Part shown: piece by piece, positions 51,099-64,000 of the stretch
How the letters are laid out: each line of letters begins with the position of its first letter
How positions within the stretch are numbered: position 1 is the first letter of the stretch
Origin: Dictyostelium discoideum
Taxonomy: Eukaryota
DNA length: 64,000 nt
Direction: 5' to 3'
NCBI GenBank assembly: GCA_000004695.1
Contig: CM000151.3
Span: forward strand, 4,544,001-4,608,000
Notes under the pieces: model-generated
Told to the model about the DNA's origin: nothing
Databases searched by the model: none
What the model saw: only the letters and a program-made list of their open reading frames with translations
Translations under genes and position numbers: made by a program

Positions 51099-51898
51099 TT
51101 CGCGTTTTTATCTGTATATCAAAAAAGTGAACAATGCCGCGTTTTGCGTTAATTTTTTTTTTGGTGGAGTCTACCGAAAAAAAAAAAATTCAAAAAAAAA
51201 AAAAAAAAAAGATGCCACCCACTAAAAATTTGAGTTTTTTACATAACCTTTACATAAAGTTATGTAAAAAAAAAAAGATTTGAAAAAAAAAAAAAAAAAA
51301 AAAAAAAGCGAAAATAAAATTTTAAAAAATCTAGGGAAATTTAACAAAAAAAGTAATAAGCAAGGACTATAATTAAAATTAATATTAATTTTTTTTTTTT
51401 TTAAATCAAATACGATTGTTGAATAATATTAAAAAAAAAAAAAAAAAAAAAGAAAAAGGAATTTAATAAAAATTTAAAAATAGAACCCATTCCTTTTTTT
51501 TTTTCTAATTGTTTTTTTTTTTTTACCACAAATCTTGGAAAAAAAAAATAAAATAAAAAAAAAAAAAATAAAAAAAAAAAAAAAAAAAAAATTTTAATTT
51601 AATTTGATTAAACCAATAAATAATTGATAAAGAAAAAACACTTTTGTTATTTTTTTAATTTTTTAATTTTTTCTTATTGATAACCAAAACTAAAAATTAT
51701 TCTGCCAACCTAAAAAAATGGAAATAAAAATAAAAATAAATTAAATTAATTTTTAATTTATAGAAATTGATTAAAAAATAAAAAAATAAGAACAAATTAA
51801 AGACAAAAAAATAAAACAAAAAACTTAATTAAACAAATAAAAAAAAAATGTAAAAAAAATTAAATTTTAGAATTTTTTTTTTCACTTGAAACATCAAA

Positions 51899-51934
<36 letters not shown>

Positions 51935-51965
51935 TTTACAACGAACACAAAAAAAAACACAAAAA

Positions 51966-52121
51966 ATGATTTCAAGATTAATTAAACAAACAACAAAAGT
52001 TAACCAAATTAGAACATTTTGTTCAATTACTAATGATCCAAAAGGAGATAAAATTAGAGATTTATTAAATACAGCTTTTAAAACCATCAACATTAAATGT
52101 TATAGATATGTCTGGTATGTA

Positions 52122-52161
<40 letters not shown>

Positions 52162-52426
52162 CTCAAAAAATATAATATTAACCTTAAACTAAAAATCCAA
52201 TATTCATAAATCCAATTTCTGACTATTTAATTATTGTTGTTTTTTTTTTTTTTTTGGTTCAATTTATTATGTAGGTGGTTGTGGTTCTATGTATAAAATT
52301 GAAATTGTATCACCAGAATTTAAAGGTAAATCAATGATAAATCAACATAGAAAAGTTAATCAAATTTTAAAAAGTGTCATACCGTCACTCCATGGTTTAA
52401 CTTTAGTTACTAAATCTGATGAATAA
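51966..52426 (+). CDS. BolA-like protein (exons ~51966-52114, 52275-52426) with a +1 frame discontinuity near 52070
   Basis: Exon 2 encodes (S)[50 protein letters not shown], the BolA signature (GGCG...F.V.IVS..F.G.S...HR.V...L...I..+HAL...T..P.E). The ORF frame [35 protein letters not shown]... must shift by one nt to give ...[14 protein letters not shown] before the GTATGT donor at 52115. Confidence 0.6.
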
Positions 52427-52610
52427 ATAATAAAAATAATTAATAATAATGGTAATAAAAAAATAAACTTTACAACATGTATATTTGCAAATAAATATGT
52501 ATATGCATATATATATACTGAGAGTTATCTCTCCTTTTTATTGTTTTTTTTATTTTTTTTATTTTTTTTATTTTTCCACTTTATTTTTGTTTATTTTTAT
52601 CTTTTTTTAT

Positions 52611-53975
52611 TTATTTACGACCTGGACGAGATGGTTTGGAGAAAGCTTTTTTCTCTTCAACCTTTGGTGGGTGAAGTTCGTTGATAATTGATTCTTCAGA
52701 GATTTCACTTGGTGAGTTAATTTCAAGTTTTAAGTCAATCTTTACATTATGACTAGTAACAAGTTGTTCAACATTTGCTTTGCTACTTGAGAATAACATT
52801 CTCTTACGAACTGGTGCACTCTTGGTACCATTTGAACCATCTGGGCATGAATAAATGTAAACTAAAATAATAATAATCATAATAATAGAGTGTTAGTGTA
52901 TATATATATATATATATTAAAATTAATAATAATCAATTATATATTAAAATAATAAAAACTACATACTAATTGAATCTAAATTTTCACCTTCATGTTGATG
53001 AGAATATCTGAAAAAGTGGAAACTTGGTTCAGTTGATGAAATTTTTGAAGAGATTGCTTCAATATCAATATTTGAAGATGAAGAGAAAATGATTTTTTCA
53101 TCATCAACATTGACTGATAATTCAATGTAATTGAATTTTTTATTTATGAAATTTGAAACAGCAGTGGATGCATCAGAATCAACTGGGAATGAAATACCAT
53201 GAACATGCATACCACTACCACCACCACCAACGAATAAACCTTGTTCTTTTTCATCATTTCTTTGTTGTTCTTCCATTGTTAATGGTGCTTCTGATTCTTG
53301 ATGAAGTTTATGTTGTTGATATCCTTTTTTTGAGAAATCATTCTATAAAAAAAAAAAAAAGATAAAAAAAAGAAATATTGTATTAGTAATCTTTTTTTAA
53401 TTAATTAATTAAAATAATAAATAATAAGACATACCATATTTGAAGAATAAATTTCATCAACGAAATGAGATGCACCAAGTTCTCTTTTTAAGTTACCTCT
53501 AGTTGCAGCGTATGTCATTTTCTCTCTAACTTTAGCATTATCTGGAACGAAAAACATAAAGATCCAATTGTAACCTGTTAATTCAATACTCTTATCATCT
53601 TTTTTGTAAAGGATATAACATGGTGAATCCTTTTGAAGAACAGAATGTGCTAATTCTAAATCTGTTTCAAAATCTGATTGAACATTTAATTTTTGATCAA
53701 CAACCAATTCATCTATATAATAATAATAATAATAAATAATAAATAATAAATAATAAATAATAAATAATAATATATTTTTTTTATATTTTTTATTTTATTA
53801 ATATTATAATTATAAGAGGGGTGTTAGTAGAAAATTAAAATTAAAATATATATAATTTATTTATTTACTTACCATTTTTAATGACAACTTTAATTAAACG
53901 AACATCTCCAGTATTGGCTGAACCAAAAGCTGAAATTAATTCTTGTGATGCTGGGATACCACTTGAGTGACTCAT
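52611..53975 (-). CDS. twfA: twinfilin (two ADF-H domains) (exons 53975-53873, 53712-53435, 53342-52967, 52861-52611)
   Basis: MSHSSGIPASQELISAFGSANTGDVRLIKVVIKN|DELVVDQKLNVQ...SPCYILYKKDDKSIELTGYNWIFMFFVPDNAKVREKMTYAATRGNLKRELGASHFVDE...|NDFSKKGYQQH...SFHFFRYSHQHEGENLDS|...YIYSCPDGSNGTKSAPVRKRMLFSSSKA... This is collinear with animal twinfilin. GTAAGT/GTATGT donors; phases are consistent with the three listed ORFs. Confidence 0.8.
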
Positions 53976-54194
53976 TATTTAATATCGTTCGTGTGTGTAA
54001 AATTTACTTTTTTTTTTTTTTTTATGAATACAGTTTCTTTTGTTTTTATTTATTATTATTTAATTTTTAATTAATACTTAAATGTGTATAATTAAAATAT
54101 AATAATAGTGTTTATAATAATACAATTATTGAATATATAATATAAGAATATATTTTTTAAAAAATTGTTTTTTAAAAAAAAAAAAAAAAATCTA

Positions 54195-54239
<45 letters not shown>

Positions 54240-54468
54240 TTTTTATTTTTTTTATTTTTTTTTGGGTTTTATTAATTAAATGAATAATATTTTCATTGCA
54301 CTGAAAAAAAAAAATTTTAAAAAAATTAAAATAAAACAATTATTTATGTTTTAAGAAAAAAAAAAAAAAAAAAAAAAAAAAACAAGTTATGTAATAATTT
54401 AACAAATACTTAAAATGCAAGATAAAAGAGGGTGGTATAACATAAAAATAATTTAAATTTAAAAAATA

Positions 54469-54503
<35 letters not shown>

Positions 54504-54645
54504 CCAACATTAAAAAAATCTAATATTAAATTTGAAATAAAATAAAAATAAAAATCTATTTTTAGAAAAAAAAAAAAAAAAAAAAAAATATTCAAAACAA
54601 GAGGTTTTAAGTTTTGTTATTTTTTTATATTTTTTTTTTTTATTT

Positions 54646-59284
<4,639 letters not shown>

Positions 59285-59532
59285 TTATTTATTTATTGAA
59301 TATATATATATATATGTATATGTATGTGTATGTGTATGTGTGTGTGTGTATGTATGTATGTTTATATATCAATATAATAGGATTATTTATCTTTTCTTTA
59401 AAGAAAAGAATAAAATTTATATTATTTAAATTATTATTATTATTATTTTTTTGAATAATTATTTTTATTATAAAATAAAATAAAATAAAATAAAAATTTA
59501 GGAGAAGGGATTGAATATTTTTTAATAATGAA

Positions 59533-59586
<54 letters not shown>

Positions 59587-59855
59587 GTTAAATTTAAAAA
59601 AACCAACCCCAAACCAAATTTTTATTTTTATTTTATTTTTATTTTTTATTTTATTTTTACTTTTTTTTTTTTTCCAAACCTCCACAATAAAAAAAAAACA
59701 AACCCAACTTGGTTTTCTTTTTTCCGTGGTTTTTTTATTTTTCATTTTTTTTTAAATAATTATAATAATCTCTCTCTCTCTCTTTTTTATATTATTATTA
59801 TTATATTATTATTATATTAAAAAAAAAAATAAAAAAATAAATAAATAAATAAAAA

Positions 59856-60544
59856 ATGATTATTAAACTTTCAATAGAAAAAGGTTTATCAGAATGCACA
59901 GATTTTAATAAAGTATTAATGTTTATTCAGCCACTCAAATTGAAATTAATAGAAACTAAAACATTAGAATATTTATATAGTTTAATTTCAAAGAAATTCA
60001 AAATAAAAAAAAGCTTCTTATTATATACTGAAGATGGTTATGCTATACCACCATCCGAAGAAGGTTCAATATTAAAGGAAATTGATAAAACATTTAAGTA
60101 AGTTTTTAATAACTTCACCCTTTAAAAAAAAAAAAAAAAAAAAAAAAAACCAAAGTGCACATATTAATTAATAATATTATTTATTTATTTATTTTTAAAA
60201 AAAAAGAGTTTTAAAATTAAATAAAGTTAAAAAAAATGAAAAAACAGATGATAGTGGTGATGATTTAATGGAAACAGATAGTGATAATAAAAATAAAAGT
60301 AGTGAAAGTGATAGTAGTGAAAGTGATAGTAGTGAAAGTGAAAGCGATAGTAGTGAAAGTGAAAGTGAAAGTGAAAGCAATGAAACTAGTGAGAATGAAT
60401 CATCCTCATCATCAGAACCAGAGTCATCATTAGCTAAAAAGAAACTCCTTATTCAACAATTAAAAAGAGATTTCCAATTAAAAGAAAAGCTTCAACAAGA
60501 ACAACAAAAACAAAAAGAAGCTCAAAAACCAAAAGAAAAGCCTC

Positions 60545-60636
<92 letters not shown>

Positions 60637-60692
60637 AAACAAAAACAAAAACAACAAAAACAACAAATTGAACAACAACATAAAAAACCACC

Positions 60693-60765
<73 letters not shown>

Positions 60766-61593
60766 GAAGAAGTACCAATAGGTATTGATGATGTTTTGAC
60801 AAATTTTAGTTACACAATTAGTTATGACAATATAGATGAACTTTTGGTTGAAGAGGAAAAAATAAAAAGAAAGGAATTGGAACAAAAGAAAAGAAAATTA
60901 CAGTCTCAATTAGATAATGATGGTCTTGCTAATAAAAATGATAATAATAGTAATAATAATAATTATAATAATAGTAATAATAATGATAGCAATAATAATA
61001 ATACTAATAAACCTTTGAGTAAAAGACAAAAGAAACTTTTAAAGAAGCAACAAAATTCATCACAAATAAAAGAAAATTATACCATTAATGCCATTAATAA
61101 TAAAAATGATAACAGCACCAATGATAGTAATAATAATAATGATAATAATAATAATAATAAAAACGATACCAATGATAGTAATAATGATGATAATAATAAT
61201 GATAAAAAGAAAAATAATAACTATTCAACATTTAAAGATTTGACAATACCAAATGTAAATGATAAAATCGCCTTCCAAAAGCATATTCTTTTAGATTATG
61301 TTTTAACAGTATCAGAGTATCTTGTATGTATAGTTGGGGAAAAAAAAAAAAAGAGAGAATACACTCTTTTAAACGTACAATCATAATATGAGGGATATTT
61401 TATTAATATATTTCATTTATAATTTTAGGAAGGAAGAATTGAAAAAATAGATTCAGATATTTTATATATTAGATTGGAACCAGGTTTCGATGACTTTGAA
61501 TTTTTGGATAATGAATTTTTTGAAGAAAGTGGTGCACTTGGGGTTCCAGTCAAATCTTTAATCAGTCCAAAATTAATTTCAGATAACAATTAA
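59856..61593 (+). CDS. coilin-like protein (ubiquitin-like coilin N-terminal domain, acidic Ser-rich + poly-Q middle, conserved C-terminal domain) (exons 59856-60097, 60207-61323, 61429-61593)
   Basis: The N-terminus IIKLSIEKGLSECTDFNKVLMFIQPLKLKLIETKTLEYLYSLISKKFKI...LLYTEDGYAIPPSEEGSILKEIDK fits the coilin N-terminal pattern (LLVDL..CRVVTDLISLIRQRF...LYLEGGLLPPAESARLV). GTAAGT donor at 60098; AG at 60206. GTATGT donor at 61324; TTTTAG at 61428. C-terminal exon EGRIEKIDSDILYIRLEPGFDDFEFLD...*. Confidence 0.45.
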
Positions 61594-62140
61594 GAAGAGA
61601 TATAAAAATATATATATATATTTTTTTTTTTCCACTTTTTTTTATTTAATAATTTTTTTTTTATTGGCTTTTTATTTTTTTTTTTATTTTTAATTTTTTT
61701 TTTTTTTTTTTTTAATTTTCAAAAAATAAAGGAAGAGAATACTAGGGATTTTTTGACATTTTATTAGATTAAAATAAATATTTTATTTTTTTTCATATTT
61801 ATTTTTATTTTTTATTTTTTTTATTTTTTATTTTTTTTAAATTTTTTTTTTTTTATTTTAATTTTTTTATTTATTTTTTTTTTACCTTTTTTAGAAAATA
61901 TTTTTTTAGGAGGGTTAGATTAATGGACAAAGAACGGAATATTGGCATCATGAAAGGTTCATATTTCGTTAGACCTTTTAATTTATTTTAATTTGTTTTT
62001 TTTTTTTTTCCAATTGTTTTTTTTTTTTAACTAAAATAAAAAAAAAAAAAAAAATATTTTAGTTTTAGTAATATAAACAAAAACAGACAAATTAAATATT
62101 ACATAACATAATAAAACAATTATTTATTTGAAAAATAAAT

Positions 62141-62173
<33 letters not shown>

Positions 62174-62301
62174 CAAAATAATTAATATTAATATTAAAAC
62201 TTAAATATAAAAATACAATCCTAACAAATAAAATAAAATAAAATAAAATAAAATAAAATAAAATAAAATAAAAAAATCATAAAAAAAAAAAAATAAAAAA
62301 A

Positions 62302-63553
62302 ATGGAAAAATTAATATCAGACGTAATAAATTCAAATAGTCAATATTGGATTCAAAAAAGAAATACTCACGTCATTAATGTATATGACGATTTTAAAGTT
62401 AGAGATGCTTTAAAAGTATTGGCTTCAAATAAAATTTTATCAGTTCCAGTAATTGAAAGAGCAACTGGAGATTATTTGGGTTTTATTGATATGAATGATA
62501 TTCTTCATTCAATTATTGATTCATTTTTAGCAAATAATTCTCAACAAGATGGTAATTATTATTTTTTATTATTTTTTTATTTTTTTATAAACATAAAAGA
62601 AGTACTAATAAAAGAATAATTTTTTTTTTTTTTTTTTTTTTTTTAAGGACACGATTGGGTAAGATTATGTCATGATGTTAGTGTAAGTGAAAAATTTGCA
62701 AATCAACCAGTATCGGTTTTAATAAGTATGTTTTTTTTTTTTTTTTTTTTTTTTTCAATTTTTAAAATCTAATAATTTTATTAATAACTTTATTTTTTTA
62801 TTTTTTTTTTCATATTTAGATCAAAGTAAAAAAGATTTTTTTATACCAGTTGACGAATCTGGATCAATCCATCAATTAATAGATGAAATCTTTTCAAAAG
62901 GAATCCATAGAGTAATTGTAGTCGGAGAAGATGCAAATACCAAAGGAATAATATCACAAACGGATATTCTTGAATTTATATTGGAGAATAGAGATGAAAT
63001 TAAAGGTGCTGACTTTGAAAAGCCAATTGGTCAATTAAAAGACCTTGTTGAAAAAGATGTAATAACAATTAATGCTGAAGTAATGACAATACAATGTTAT
63101 TATGTCATGATGAAACATTCAAAACAAAGTATAGCTCTAACTGGTAAACATGGTGAAATCATTGGTAATCTATCAATCACTGATCTTCGTGGCCTCGACC
63201 CTGAAAACTTTGAATTACTCTTATCGCCAGCAATAGACTTTTGGAATAAAACTAATAGTAAATCAAAGATTTGTGTTGTTCCATCAAGTACTACTTTTAA
63301 AGAGATCATTAATATCCTTTACAAGAATCGTTTGCATCGTCTTTGGTTATCTTCTAAAGAGGAAGGCGGTTGTTATGGTACTGTCACTATTGGCAATATC
63401 ATGAAATATTTCTCAAGAGATCAACATGAGGTCATCAGAAGGAATTCATTATCCTCTTCTTCAGGTTCTTTAAATTTAAATTCTTCTTCAAATTCAATCT
63501 CTAAAAAACCTTTAACTCCTGTTAAAATTTGTCCAATAGTCGAAGAAAAATAA
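62302..63553 (+). CDS. CBS-domain (4x CBS / Bateman) protein, AMPK-gamma/Sds23-like architecture (exons 62302-62551, 62648-62725, 62820-63553)
   Basis: CBS-like units ILSVPVIERATGDYLGFIDMNDILHSII, GIHRVIVVGEDANTKGIISQTDILEFI, HGEIIGNLSITDLRG, LHRLWLSSKEEGGCYGTVTIGNIMKYF. GTAATT donor at 62552; TTTTAAG acceptor. A 78-nt middle exon ends GTATGT at 62726; TATTTAG acceptor at 62819. Frames verified into ORF 62981-63553. Confidence 0.7.
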
Positions 63554-63654
63554 GAGAAATCTCTAACTCAAACATATGTATAAAACAAATAAAAAAAAAC
63601 AATAAAAAACAATAAAAAAAATAATATTTTTAAAACCTAAAATTAATTAATTTA

Positions 63655-64000
63655 TTAGCTTCTACTTTGTAATGAATGAATATTATTTTTAAACTTCATT
63701 TCCTTCTTTCTCATTACAAAATGATAGGTAACTGAGGATATTACTACTGCAGCAAATGCGACACTACCCACTACAATACCAGCAATTGCACCACCACTTA
63801 ATCCACTGGATTTTTGAGAACAAATTGAATTTGGTGATGAAGATGAACTTGATGAATGATCTAATAATACTGAGAAATCAGGATCTACTATAACTTCAGA
63901 TTTATACTGTGGTATTATAATACCAATATATGAAGATGAGAATGATTCAGAATTTGATTGAGTTTGATTATTTTCAATAACTCTATTATCGATTGGGGTA
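63655..64000 (-). CDS. type I membrane protein, paralogue of the gene at 1-2869 (C-terminal part; gene continues beyond window end)
   Basis: Minus-strand translation ...IPQYKSEVIVDPDFSVLLDHSSSSSSPNSICSQKSSGLSGGAIAGIVVGSVAFAAVVISSVTYHFVMRKKEMKFKNN...* aligns with the left-edge gene C-terminus STIDPDFSVIIDNQSSSPSSPNSICSQTSNSGLSKSSLAGIIIGGVAFFLVIV. Confidence 0.55.
   Translation of the reverse strand, partial: TPIDNRVIENNQTQSNSESFSSSYIGIIIPQYKSEVIVDPDFSVLLDHSSSSSSSPNSICSQKSSGLSGGAIAGIVVGSVAFAAVVISSVTYHFVMRKKEMKFKNNIHSLQSRS

Overview
Extremely AT-rich (~75-80% A+T) eukaryotic DNA with very long poly-A/T tracts, CAA/AAT triplet runs encoding poly-Q/poly-N, short introns bounded by GTAAGT/GTATGT...AG, and A/C-rich 5' leaders. 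These are the hallmarks of a Dictyostelium (social amoeba) nuclear chromosome, not a prokaryote. There are no CRISPR arrays, rRNA genes or convincing tRNA genes. I can support about 26 protein-coding loci, most with 1-8 short introns. Plus-strand genes: an EGF-like type I membrane glycoprotein at the left edge, an Asp-rich acidic protein, a Pho80-type cyclin, a mitochondrial acetyl/propionyl-CoA synthetase, a 1671-aa hybrid histidine kinase, a multi-pass membrane protein, beta-ureidopropionase, a repeat-motif protein, a PA14/Cys-repeat psi-family membrane protein, a BolA-like protein, a coilin-like protein and a CBS-domain protein. Minus-strand genes: a B-box-type zinc-finger/coiled-coil protein, succinyl-CoA ligase beta subunit, proteasome assembly chaperone PSMG2, an ARF-like GTPase, a coiled-coil protein, an EF-hand protein, an O-methyltransferase, ribosomal protein L8 (uL2), twinfilin, a ~1470-aa E/K/Q-rich coiled-coil protein, and a right-edge paralogue of the left-edge gene. 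Most unusual is a minus-strand gene at 39.6-42.7 kb that appears to encode two Ran-like GTPase domains in tandem, joined by an FG-repeat linker, with the second domain degenerate. There are two decayed polyketide-synthase remnants (a KS-N/KR-C/ACP pseudogene at 48-49.4 kb and a KR fragment at 39.0-39.4 kb) next to the O-methyltransferase, suggesting a decayed PKS/OMT cluster. Several otherwise well-conserved genes show frame discontinuities at short A-runs with no room for a canonical intron. A 6-kb AT-rich gene desert (5.5-11.6 kb) contains CA-rich islands. Splice coordinates were read by eye and should be taken as +/-2 nt unless anchored to the supplied ORF track.
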